From Gemmataceae bacterium (lineage in GTDB: Bacteria > Planctomycetota > Planctomycetia > Gemmatales > Gemmataceae), in NCBI GenBank assembly GCA_019747685.1, contig JAIEQN010000060.1, positions 1-51,206 of the forward strand: 51,206 nt of DNA, written 5' to 3'. The notes beneath the pieces are model-generated. The model was not told the origin of the DNA, made no database searches, and saw only the letters and a list, made by a program, of their open reading frames with translations. Below, piece by piece: positions 7,838-16,556 of the stretch (its first letter is position 1; the number at the start of each line of letters is the position of its first letter). The translations under genes were made by a program, and so were the position numbers.

Positions 7838-9568
7838 TCAATCGGACGCCCGCAGTCTCTCCAACTCGACCCGCTCGACGCGAACGGCCCGGCCGTCGGT
7901 GCGGAGTCGGAAGCGGCCGGCAGCCGGCTCAGGGGTGCGGATGCCGCCCACGTGCCGGTGGTCGAACCACACGTCCCAGCGGTCCCCGACCCGTTGCACC
8001 TCCGCCGACAGGTACGGCACCAGCCCCTCGCGGGCCTCCGCCGCCGGGTACGGGGCAACCGGCGTGAGCGGGCGGAACGTCCCGTCCGGGCGGAACTCGC
8101 CGGCCGCCACCCCACCCGTGCGGCTGACCCGCAGGCCGAGGCCGTCGGCGAACAGCAGGTCCACCGTCTCGGCCCGGTGCGGGTCGAGGCCCACCGACAG
8201 GCGGTCCGCGTCCGATGGGCGGAACGCCCACCGCACCGAACCGCTGGTGGTGAGCACCGACATCCCCTCGCCGTCCGGCTCGTAGGTTGCCTTCCCTTCG
8301 ATCTCCCACGCCGTGAAGTTAGTCCGATCCGACAGCACCTCCGGGCGGCCTGTGGCGGCAACCGCCGGGGGCGGCCCGTTTGCCGGCCGCGGGCCGGAAG
8401 CGGCGAGGGTGCTCGCCAGCAGAACACCCGCCACGACCGCAAGGCCGGCGATGATTCCGGCCAGACGGATTCGGGTGCCCTTGGGGCGGGCCGGCCGGTC
8501 GTCCGTCGTTCGGGCCGCTGTCGGGAGCGCGTCGATGCGGCGGATGAGGTCGTCGTAGTCGGCCACCCGCCGGGCCGGGTCGGGGGTGAGCATGGCGGCG
8601 ACCAGGCGGGCCGACTCGACCGACACCCCGCCGGCGAGTTTGGGGGCCGATTCGCCCTTCTTCGCCATCACCTCCCACACCGTCGTGCCGGTGACCGGCG
8701 GGCGGCCGGCCAGGGCGTGGTACACGGTCGCGCCGAGGGCGTAGATGTCCGCCCGGTGGTCCACGTCCGTGCGGGCGAACTGCTCCGGGGCCATGTACGC
8801 CGGGGTGCCCACTACCACCCCGGCGCGGGTCAGCCGACCGCCGTCGTCGGACAGGTCAGTCCGATTCGTGAATGCCAGTCCGAAGTCCATCACCTTCACC
8901 ATCGGCAGGTCTTCGGGAAGGCCGAACCCGGACGGCGGGGGGACCAGGAACAGGTTGGCCGGCTTGATGTCGCGGTGGGTGATGCCGAGTTTCGTCGCGT
9001 GGGCCAGGGCGGCGGCCGTCTGGCGGGCGATCGCCCACCCGGTCCGCTCGTCCAGCCGCCCGAGCCGCTTGATCCGCCGCTCCAGGTCTTCCCCGTCGAG
9101 CAACTCCATCGCCATGTACACCCGCCCGTCATGGTGCCAGTAGTCGAACACGCCGACGATGTTCGGGTGCTGGAGCTTGGCGAGGGCGACCGCCTCCCGC
9201 TCGAACCGGGCGAGGGCGGTGCCCGGGGCGTTCGCCTGGAGGCGGATCGTTTTCAGGGCGACCACCCGGCCTAATCGGAGATGCGTCGCCCGGTACACGA
9301 CCCCGCACCCGCCGGCCCCGAGCACCGCATGGACATCGTACCCTGGGAGACAGAAGGTGGCGTCCGGATCGACGGCCGGGTGGATGATCACGGTCGGGAG
9401 CGTTCGGCCGGCGGCGCTGTTCGCGTCGAACCTCAGCCCCTTGACCTTGCTCGCGACCGCCCACCTCCGGCCGTCCGGGCTGACCCGGTCGGCGTCGGCG
9501 TCGTCCACCACCAGTAGAAGCATTGTGCAGGCCGGCATCCCTTGCCCGGCGGCCACACTTCGACCCAA
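7838..9568 (-). CDS. Ser/Thr protein kinase with TM and extracytoplasmic domain; start uncertain (N-terminus fused to VOC remnant)
   Basis: GAGGCGVVY, VALK, HRDIKPANL, DFG, GTPAYMAPE, then TM (LAGIIAGLAVVAGVLLA). Confidence 0.85.
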   Translation of the reverse strand: MGRSVAAGQGMPACTMLLLVVDDADADRVSPDGRRWAVASKVKGLRFDANSAAGRTLPTVIIHPAVDPDATFCLPGYDVHAVLGAGGCGVVYRATHLRLGRVVALKTIRLQANAPGTALARFEREAVALAKLQHPNIVGVFDYWHHDGRVYMAMELLDGEDLERRIKRLGRLDERTGWAIARQTAAALAHATKLGITHRDIKPANLFLVPPPSGFGLPEDLPMVKVMDFGLAFTNRTDLSDDGGRLTRAGVVVGTPAYMAPEQFARTDVDHRADIYALGATVYHALAGRPPVTGTTVWEVMAKKGESAPKLAGGVSVESARLVAAMLTPDPARRVADYDDLIRRIDALPTAARTTDDRPARPKGTRIRLAGIIAGLAVVAGVLLASTLAASGPRPANGPPPAVAATGRPEVLSDRTNFTAWEIEGKATYEPDGEGMSVLTTSGSVRWAFRPSDADRLSVGLDPHRAETVDLLFADGLGLRVSRTGGVAAGEFRPDGTFRPLTPVAPYPAAEAREGLVPYLSAEVQRVGDRWDVWFDHRHVGGIRTPEPAAGRFRLRTDGRAVRVERVELERLRASD

Positions 9569-9722
9569 CTATCACCGGCGGGGAAGCGGCACCCGCGAAA
9601 GGCTCAGCCCGTCCGTCGGGGTCACCGAGCGGCCGGCGTTGCAGGCCCAGCGCACCAAAGAACTGGGCCAACTGCTCCGCGCCCCCGCTGACCGAGCAGT
9701 ATCGAATGCCGAGCAGGTTCAT
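9490..9722 (-). pseudogene. VOC/glyoxalase-like gene remnant
   Basis: MNLLGIRYCSVS..LAQFFGALGL, then frameshifted SWVEVW and MLLLVVDDADA. RBS-like GAGGGA upstream. Confidence 0.5.
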
Positions 9723-9759
9723 TCGTAGTCCCTCGAAAGTCGGTTGCCCGAATATCGAT

Positions 9760-10641
9760 TCAGGGCACGAGGGCGGCCTTCAGGGCGGCTTCGATTTTCA
9801 CCGCATGGCTACTTCCCGCGACCGCGAAGACCCGATGCCCGCCGCGCACCAGGCTGGCGACGATGCGGACGAAGTGTTCGTCCCGAGCGGTGTTGGTATC
9901 GATTTCGGCCAGGAACCCCGGGAGTCCGTACTGGTCCGACACCTCACGCCAGTCCGGCCCGTCCGGGAAGTGGGACTTCCATGCGGCCTCTAAATCCCGC
10001 ACGGTCGGCAACGTGTCTTCCAGCCCTGGCCACTTCGACCCGTTCCCGACGGCGTCGGCGACGAACGATTCGGGGTCGGCGGGTCGGCCGTGTCGGCGGT
10101 TCGAAAAGTAGGCACCAAACTTGACGCGGAGTGCCAACTGCTCTTTCGTGAACGGTTGGCGTTGCAGGTGGGTCATGTATTGGGCCGGCGTCGGCTCCCA
10201 GGTATACGTGGGGATTCCTCGCTTCCTGGCCAGCGCGTGAACCAGGCCCGGCTCACCGAACTCGCGGACCGGGTCCATGAGTTGCGGGAACAGTACGCCC
10301 AACCGGCTCTCGCACAACGCCACGGTCGGCTCGAACGCCTCCCACTCGCGGCGGATGGCGTCGAGCGCGGGGTCGGCCGGGCTCTTGGTGTGCTCCGCGC
10401 CGTAGATGAGCGCCGATCCCCTGCCCGTATCGACGCGGACGAGATACGGCCGCGGGTGCGTGTCGATGACTCCGGCGTACTCCTTTCCGGGCATGATCGG
10501 TACGGTCAACGGTGCTTCGGAGGCCACGTCGAAGTGTGGAAGCCGTCGCCAACTTGTGACCCAGCCCCAACTGACGACGGCGGTCACGAGGATCGCCATC
10601 GTACCTGCCAGAAGCAGCCAGCGGCGTCGACTCGTGCGCAT
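9760..10641 (-). CDS. Membrane-anchored hypothetical protein
   Basis: 293 aa with an N-terminal hydrophobic segment and GAGGTG RBS; C-terminal RDEH...VFAVAGSSHA. Confidence 0.75.
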   Translation of the reverse strand: MRTSRRRWLLLAGTMAILVTAVVSWGWVTSWRRLPHFDVASEAPLTVPIMPGKEYAGVIDTHPRPYLVRVDTGRGSALIYGAEHTKSPADPALDAIRREWEAFEPTVALCESRLGVLFPQLMDPVREFGEPGLVHALARKRGIPTYTWEPTPAQYMTHLQRQPFTKEQLALRVKFGAYFSNRRHGRPADPESFVADAVGNGSKWPGLEDTLPTVRDLEAAWKSHFPDGPDWREVSDQYGLPGFLAEIDTNTARDEHFVRIVASLVRGGHRVFAVAGSSHAVKIEAALKAALVP

Positions 10642-10848
10642 CGTGAAGTCACCTCGTTGTCTCGGTCGTCAGCCGTCAAGCCACGGACAACCACCCCAAA
10701 CGGGGCAGGTTTCGCGGGCGGTACACGCGAGCCTTCTCATCGCCAAGTCGGGTCAGACCGTGCAATGCGGCAACCTGTCTGGCACATGATACACGGCCTG
10801 CCGAAGCCGACAGGGTTGGCACCGGCGTTCCAGCCGAGGGGATTTCGC

Positions 10849-11520
10849 TCAGCGGAAGGTGACGATCTCGTCGAGCGGCTTCTTGGTGATCTGCGGTACC
10901 TTCGCGTCGTCGGCCGGGTAGCCGACGACGAGCAGCAGGAACGGCCGCTCGTGGGCCGGGCGGCCGAGCAGGTCGGTGAGGAACCCCATCGGGCTGGGGG
11001 TGTGGGTGAGCGTGGCCAGCCCGGCGTGGTGCAGGGCCGCGATCAGGAACCCGGTGGCGATGCCGACCGACTCCTGGGCGTAGTAGTGCTTGACGGTCTT
11101 GCCGTCGGGGGTGAGGCCGTGCGGCTGCACGAACACGGCGATCAGATACGGGGCCGCCTCCAGGAACGGCTTGTCCGCGTCGGTGCCGAGCGGGGCCAGT
11201 GCGGCCAGCCACTCTTGCGGTGCGCGGCGGGCGTAAAACTCCCGCTCCTCCTCTTCCGCGGCGACCCGGATGCGGGCCTTCAACGCCGGGTCCGACACGA
11301 CCACGAACTGCCACGGCTGAAGGTTCGCCCCGCTCGGCGCGGACCCGGCCGCCCGCAGGCTGTCCTCGATAACGGCCCGCGGCACCGGCCGTGACGAGAA
11401 GTGGCGGACGGTGCGGCGGCGACTCAGGTCGGCGTGGAACGCCGCCGCCCTCCGGGCCATCTCCTCGGCGGGGTACTCGACGAACGCGAGCGGGTCGAAC
11501 GTCGGTTCGGGCATCGCCAC
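10849..11520 (-). CDS. Nitroreductase family protein, iodotyrosine deiodinase-like
   Basis: [70 protein letters not shown]. Confidence 0.9.
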   Translation of the reverse strand: MAMPEPTFDPLAFVEYPAEEMARRAAAFHADLSRRRTVRHFSSRPVPRAVIEDSLRAAGSAPSGANLQPWQFVVVSDPALKARIRVAAEEEEREFYARRAPQEWLAALAPLGTDADKPFLEAAPYLIAVFVQPHGLTPDGKTVKHYYAQESVGIATGFLIAALHHAGLATLTHTPSPMGFLTDLLGRPAHERPFLLLVVGYPADDAKVPQITKKPLDEIVTFR

Positions 11521-11547
11521 CCTCTCCCGGTCGGGCCACCGGATCGA

Positions 11548-12132
11548 CTACTTCTTCTTCAGTGCTTCGGCCGCCTTCACCAACTCAGCCACCGAGTGCC
11601 GCTCCTTGTACCCGTCCACGAACAACTTCGCGCGGACCACGCCGTCCGCATCGACCAGCAGCGTACCGGGGTACGGCACCCCGTCGAGGTCGACTTTGCC
11701 GAACGTCTTCCCGACCGTCTCCTTGTTCTTCAGCGCGTAGGCGGTGATCGTCTTGCTGTCCGGGTCGGAGAGGAGCGGGAACGTGATTTTCTGTTTGTCC
11801 GCGAACGCTTTCAGCACGTCCACCGGGTCGTAGCTGACGCCCACCACCTTCACCCCCGCCGCTTCGATCGCCTTCAGGTCGCGTTGCAACTGGACCAGTT
11901 GCTTCTGGCAGTACGGTCACCAACTCGCCGACCGGTAGAACACGAGCGCGACCGGACCGCTCTTGAGCAAGGCGGCCAGTTCCTGCTCCTCGCCGGACTG
12001 GTCCTTCAGCTTGAACGCCGGGGCCTTTTCGCCCACCTTGATGCCGGTCTTCTCCGGGGGCGGGTCGGCCGCCGGGGCGGCCGCCGACAGTGCGACGGCC
12101 AGGCCGAGCGCACATGTGATCACACGGTTCAC
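11548..12132 (-). CDS. Exported peroxiredoxin-like (AhpC/TSA, redoxin) selenoprotein; TGA at 11917-11919 read as Sec
   Basis: ORFs 11917-12132 and 11548-11889 are in frame and read FYRSASW-U-PYC-QKQLVQLQ. Signal peptide present; SECIS-like hairpin downstream. Confidence 0.9.
11886..11902 (-). promoter_or_regulatory. Bacterial SECIS-like hairpin
   Basis: GCAACUG-GUC-CAGUUGC perfect 7-bp stem starting 14 nt after the UGA. Confidence 0.75.
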
Positions 12133-12243
12133 TGTAAGTTTCCTCCGGTCGGGACCGACAAATGGACCGGGACCGCCCCGGCACCCCCCGTTATACTCAT
12201 GCGGGCGACGACCCTGTCACCCGCGTTCATCCCCGAGGGACGT

Positions 12244-13641
12244 ATGCGTCATTCGCTTCTGGCGGTGCCGGCGGCGGTCCTACTTTCCCAGCTCGCGCTC
12301 GGCCAGACGCCCAAGGTCGGCGACCGGCACCCCGACTTCACCCTGCCGGACGTCGCGGGCGGCAAGCCGAAGACCCTGTCCGACTTCCGCGGCAAGAAGG
12401 TGCTGCTCGTCCAGTTCGCGTCGTGGTGAGCGGGCTGCCGCTAGCACGTGCCGGTCTGGCACGACGCGACCAAACAGTGGGCGACGGACGGCAAACTCGT
12501 CCTCCTCGGCGTCACCCAGGAGCAGCACCCGGAGCGGTGCCGGCTGTTCGCCCAGTGGAAGGGGTTCGGCTGGCCGATCCTGCACGACCCGATCAACGTG
12601 TTGGGGTCGGCGGCGGTGCCGGTCGTGCTGGCCATTGATGAGCACGGGATCGTCCGCTCCACCCGCCCCAACCCGAAGACGTTCGCGGCCGACTTCCTCG
12701 ACAAGGCGTTCGCCGACGACGCCACCAACAAGCCGGTCCCGCCCACCCCGGCCCACCCGCCGAAGTTCGACGACCTGAAGGCGGCAGCCGAGGCGGCGAA
12801 GACGGCGGACGCCTGGCGGCGGTACGGCGACACCCTCGCCCTTTGGGGTGGCGAAGAGAAGTTATCAGCGGCCATCGCCGCGTACCGGCAGGCGGTGACG
12901 CACGACCCGAAGGACGGGCCGGCGTGGTTCCGGTCGGGCGTGTGCCTGCGGCGGCGGTCCGAGACCACGGCCCGCGAGGCGGACGACTTCCGGGCGGCGG
13001 TGGCGGCGTGGGGGACGGCCCTCGACCTCGACCCGAACCAGTACATCTGGCGGCGGCGGATCCAACAGTACGGCCCGCGGCTGGACAAACCGTACCCGTT
13101 CTACGACTGGGTGCCGGACGCCGAGGCCGCCGTCCGCAAGCGGGGCGAGACGCCGGTCGCCCTCCCCGTCCGCCCGGACGGGTCCGAGATCGCGCAACCG
13201 GCGAAGGCGTTCGCCGCCGTGAAGGACGCGCCGACCAACCCGGACCCGAAGGGGAAGGTGAACCGGGATCCGGGTTCGGTGACGTGCGAGGTCGTGGTGG
13301 TGCCGGCGGTGGTAAAGCCGGGGCAGTCGGTTCGCGTCCACCTCACCTTCCGCGTCGCGTCGATGAAAACCGACCACTGGAACAACGAGGCCGAGCCGCT
13401 GCGGGTGTGGGTCGATCCGCCGGCCGGGGTGGCCGTCCACGAGCGACTGATCGCGGCCGAGCGGCCGAAGGCGGCGACTTCAACCGAACCCCGGACCGTC
13501 GGGTTCGAGGTGCAGGTGCCGAAGGACGCCGCGGGCACCATCCGGGTGCCGGTCTACGCTCTGTACCACCTGTGCGACGAGGTGGGCGGAACGTGCCGGT
13601 ATGTCCGCCTCTACGCGACGGTCGAAGTGAAAGTGAAGTAA
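12244..13641 (+). CDS. Exported TlpA/redoxin-TPR-DsbD(N)-like selenoprotein; TGA 12427-12429 (Sec) and in-frame TAG 12442-12444 (possibly pseudogene)
   Basis: MRHSLLAVPAAVLLSQLALG signal; PDFTLPD..LSDFRGKKVLLVQFASW-U-AGC-R-*-HVPVW, continuous in frame with ORF 12448-13641. TPR-like helices; C-terminal YHLCDEVGGTCRY. Confidence 0.8.
12447..12463 (+). promoter_or_regulatory. Bacterial SECIS-like hairpin
   Basis: CGUGCCG-GUC-UGGCACG (6 Watson-Crick pairs plus G-U) starting 17 nt after the UGA; same loop as the partner gene. Confidence 0.7.
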
Positions 13642-13647
13642 ACTCGT

Positions 13648-14253
13648 TTATGTCCGACGGAGGTCTGCAAGTTCGGCTTCGAGCGCACTGATCCGCTGCC
13701 GCAGTTGCTCCATCACCGGAGCAACTTGCCGGCGTGAATACCGCTTGTGGATGTGCTGCGGGCAGTTCACGTCCCACGCCTCGACGGCGAACACGATCGC
13801 CCGCTCCACCCGGCCCGGGTACGCCGGGTCGCTCAGCTTCGCCAGCAGTTCGGAATCGCCCTCCACCACCGTCGCGGTCCCCCACACCTTCACCCGCCGG
13901 CTGTTGGCGTAGTCCATCAAGAACAGGATCGCCTTCGGGTTCTCGGACAGGTTGCCCACCGAGATGTACTGGCGGTTGCCGCCGAAGTCGGCGAACGCCA
14001 GGGTGCGGCCGTCGATCACTTTCAGGAAGCCCGGCGGGCCGCCGCGGTACTGGATGTATGGCTGCCCCTCGGCGTTCGCCGTGCCCAGGTAGAACATGTC
14101 GAGGTCGGCGAGGAACTCCGTCAGGTCCGAGGTGACGGTCGTTTGCCACCCGTCGGTCTGTTCCATCCGGGCGTAGTTCTTCCGGGATCCTTTCTGGTGT
14201 TGGATCGCCTTCACGGCGGGGGTGAAGGCGATGTCGCTGGGGAGGTGGCTCAT
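13648..14253 (-). CDS. Pyridoxamine 5'-phosphate oxidase family FMN-binding protein
   Basis: IAFTPAVKAIQ, PYIQYRGGPPGFLKV, ADFGGNRQYISVGNL, WDVNCPQHI. Confidence 0.9.
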   Translation of the reverse strand: MSHLPSDIAFTPAVKAIQHQKGSRKNYARMEQTDGWQTTVTSDLTEFLADLDMFYLGTANAEGQPYIQYRGGPPGFLKVIDGRTLAFADFGGNRQYISVGNLSENPKAILFLMDYANSRRVKVWGTATVVEGDSELLAKLSDPAYPGRVERAIVFAVEAWDVNCPQHIHKRYSRRQVAPVMEQLRQRISALEAELADLRRT

Positions 14254-14300
14254 CGGATGGCCTCGGTCGGGTGCGTCACGGGCGTGGTGTGAAATGTGGG

Positions 14301-14328
14301 ACCGCCGCCGAAGTGCTTCGGCGGCGGT
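14301..14328. terminator. Perfect 13-bp inverted repeat (intergenic hairpin)
   Basis: ACCGCCGCCGAAG-TG-CTTCGGCGGCGGT between the hydrolase stop and the PNPOx gene. Could be a terminator or an mRNA-stabilising hairpin. Confidence 0.5.
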
Positions 14329-14337
14329 TCGGGGGCG

Positions 14338-15273
14338 TTACTTGACGTGCTTCCCGAGGAACTCCCGCATCAGCTTGGCGATCTCGTCGCCGTTCGTTTC
14401 CAGGGCGAAGTGCCCGGCGTCGAGCAGGTGGTACTCCAGCGTTTTCAGATCCTTCTTGTACGGCTCGGCCCCGGCGGCGGGGAAGATCTGGTCGTGCTGG
14501 CCCCAGGCGATCAGCACCGGCGGCTGGTGCTGGCGGAAGTACGCTTGCCACCTCGGGTAGAGCGGCGGGTTGCTGCCGTAGCTCAGGAACAGGTCGAGCT
14601 GGATGTCGGCGTTCCCGTCGCGGTCGAGCAGGTACTGGTCCGTCGTCCAGGCGTCGGGCGACACCAGTTCGGCGTTCTTCACCCCGTGCGTGTACTGCCA
14701 CTTGGTCGCGTCGAGTTTCGTGAAGCCCCGGAGCGCCTCCCGCTTGTCCTTGCTCGCCGGCTCCTTCCAGTACGCCTTGATCGGCTTCCAGAAGTCGTTG
14801 TCCAGGCCCTCGTCGTAGGCGTTGCCGTTCTGCACCACGACGGCCGTGACCCGCTCCGGGTGCTTCACGGCTAGTCGGTAGCCGACGGGTGCTCCGTAGT
14901 CCTGCACGTACAGGGTGTACTTCTTGAGGTCCAGCTTCTCGGTGAACTGATCGACGACCTCGGACAGGTGGTCGAAGGTGTACGCGAACTTGTCGCGGGC
15001 CGGCATCGAGCTGTGCCCGAAGCCGGGGTAGTCGGGGGCGATCACGCGGTACTTGTCCGCCAGTTGCGGGATCAGGTTGCGGAACATCTGCGAGCTGGTC
15101 GGGAAGCCGTGCAGGAGCAGCACGACGGGGGCGTCCTTCGGGCCGGCCTCGCGATAGAAGATGTCCAGGTCGCCGACCTTCACGGTCTTGTGGTGCGTCT
15201 TCGGCGGTTCGGCCGCGGCGACCGAGGAGAGTGTGATGGCCAAGCTGGCCAGAAGCAGTGCGGTGCGAAACAT
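14338..15273 (-). CDS. Exported alpha/beta hydrolase (epoxide hydrolase/dehalogenase-like)
   Basis: Signal peptide; [19 protein letters not shown] (Asp nucleophile), DAGHFALE. Confidence 0.92.
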   Translation of the reverse strand: MFRTALLLASLAITLSSVAAAEPPKTHHKTVKVGDLDIFYREAGPKDAPVVLLLHGFPTSSQMFRNLIPQLADKYRVIAPDYPGFGHSSMPARDKFAYTFDHLSEVVDQFTEKLDLKKYTLYVQDYGAPVGYRLAVKHPERVTAVVVQNGNAYDEGLDNDFWKPIKAYWKEPASKDKREALRGFTKLDATKWQYTHGVKNAELVSPDAWTTDQYLLDRDGNADIQLDLFLSYGSNPPLYPRWQAYFRQHQPPVLIAWGQHDQIFPAAGAEPYKKDLKTLEYHLLDAGHFALETNGDEIAKLMREFLGKHVK

Positions 15274-15315
15274 GGGTCGGTCTCCGATTGAGTGGTTGAG
15301 TTTGTGGGTTGTGAG

Positions 15316-15783
15316 TTACTTCACGTCCGGGATGCCGGGGTGGTCCGCCGGGCGCGGGCCCGGCGCGGGCCAGAAGAACGTCCGCTCGCCCTCGCGGATG
15401 GCGACATCGTTAATGCTCGCCTCGCGGCGACGCATCAGCCCGCGGTCGTCGAACTCCCATAGCTCGTTGCCGTAGCTACGGGACCAGTTCCCCGCCGCGT
15501 CGTGCCACTCGTACCGGAACCGCACCCCGATGCGGTTGTTGGTGAACGCCCAGAGCGCCTTCACCAACCGGTAGTCGAGTTCGCGGTCCCACTTGCCGGT
15601 GAGGAACGCCCGGATCTCGTCGCGGCCGACGAGGAAGCGGTCGCGGTTGCGCCACACCGAGTCCTCGGAGTAGGCGAGCGCCACCCGGTTCGGGTCGCGG
15701 GAGTTCCAGGCGTCCTCGGCGAGCCGCACTTTCCGGGTCGCGGTTTCGAGGGTGAACGGCGGGACGAGGAGTGTTGCTGTCAC
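15316..15783 (-). CDS. DUF1348 / SnoaL-like NTF2 family protein
   Basis: [58 protein letters not shown] start after CAGGAG. Confidence 0.92.
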   Translation of the reverse strand: MTATLLVPPFTLETATRKVRLAEDAWNSRDPNRVALAYSEDSVWRNRDRFLVGRDEIRAFLTGKWDRELDYRLVKALWAFTNNRIGVRFRYEWHDAAGNWSRSYGNELWEFDDRGLMRRREASINDVAIREGERTFFWPAPGPRPADHPGIPDVK

Positions 15784-15800
15784 GGTAGTCTCCTGGTGCG

Positions 15801-16340
15801 TTACGCCAGGGGTTCGGCCTTGGGGAAGTCGATGTCGGTGTCGGCGACGTGGTTGAAGTAGTTGGTGAGCACGTTCAGCGCGACGTGGGCGACGACCTCG
15901 GCGATGGCCCCGTCGTCGTGCCCGGCCTCGCGGACCGTCTGGAGGTCGGCCCCCGACACCCGGCCTTTGGTGTCCACGACCGCGCGGGCGAAGCGGACGA
16001 GGGCGTCGGCCTTCGGTTCCACCACGGTGCCGCGGCGGCTGTCGCGGATCTGGTCGGCGGTCAGCCCGGCCATCTTGCCGAGGGCGGTGTGGGCGGCCAG
16101 GCAGTAGTCGCACCCGTTCGCCTGGGCGACGGCGAGGGCGATCTGCTCGCGGGTCTTGGCGGGCAAGGCACCCTGGGCGAGCGAGCCGCTCAGTTGGAGG
16201 TAGCCGTTGAGGGCCGCCGGGGCGTTGGCCATCGCCCGGGTCATGTTCGGGACGAGGCCGAGTTTGCCCTTCACGGCGTCGAGCAGTTCCTTGGCCTTGC
16301 CGGTGGCGGACTCGGGGGCGATCTGGGTCAGGCGGGACAT
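15801..16340 (-). CDS. Carboxymuconolactone decarboxylase / AhpD-like protein
   Basis: [41 protein letters not shown]. Confidence 0.92.
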   Translation of the reverse strand: MSRLTQIAPESATGKAKELLDAVKGKLGLVPNMTRAMANAPAALNGYLQLSGSLAQGALPAKTREQIALAVAQANGCDYCLAAHTALGKMAGLTADQIRDSRRGTVVEPKADALVRFARAVVDTKGRVSGADLQTVREAGHDDGAIAEVVAHVALNVLTNYFNHVADTDIDFPKAEPLA

Positions 16341-16407
16341 GGTCGTCGTCCTATCGAGGTCGGGTGGCGGATCGCTCAGGGAGTTCTGGGCGATTGGAGC
16401 AGTGAGA

Positions 16408-16425
16408 AATCAGCTTCCGTGCCAA
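16408..16425 (-). promoter_or_regulatory. Putative sigma-54 -24/-12 promoter for the CMD operon
   Basis: TTGGCAC-GGAAG-CTGA on the minus strand: canonical -24, non-canonical -12. Confidence 0.55.
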
Positions 16426-16493
16426 AATGGACAATATGTCGCAAAGCATTTAATTGCAGTGCTTTATGTAAAGAACACTTGAAATGCAGCCGG

Positions 16494-16546
16494 CACGATT
16501 TTTCGTGAATCGACGAGATTTCGTATCTGAGGCACGATTTTTCGTA
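16494..16546. promoter_or_regulatory. Three palindromic enhancer (UAS) sites, ACGA-N4-TCGT
   Basis: 16495-16506, 16513-16524 and 16534-16545, between the divergent CMD and activator genes. Confidence 0.7.
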
Positions 16547-16556
16547 AATCAGCCGC

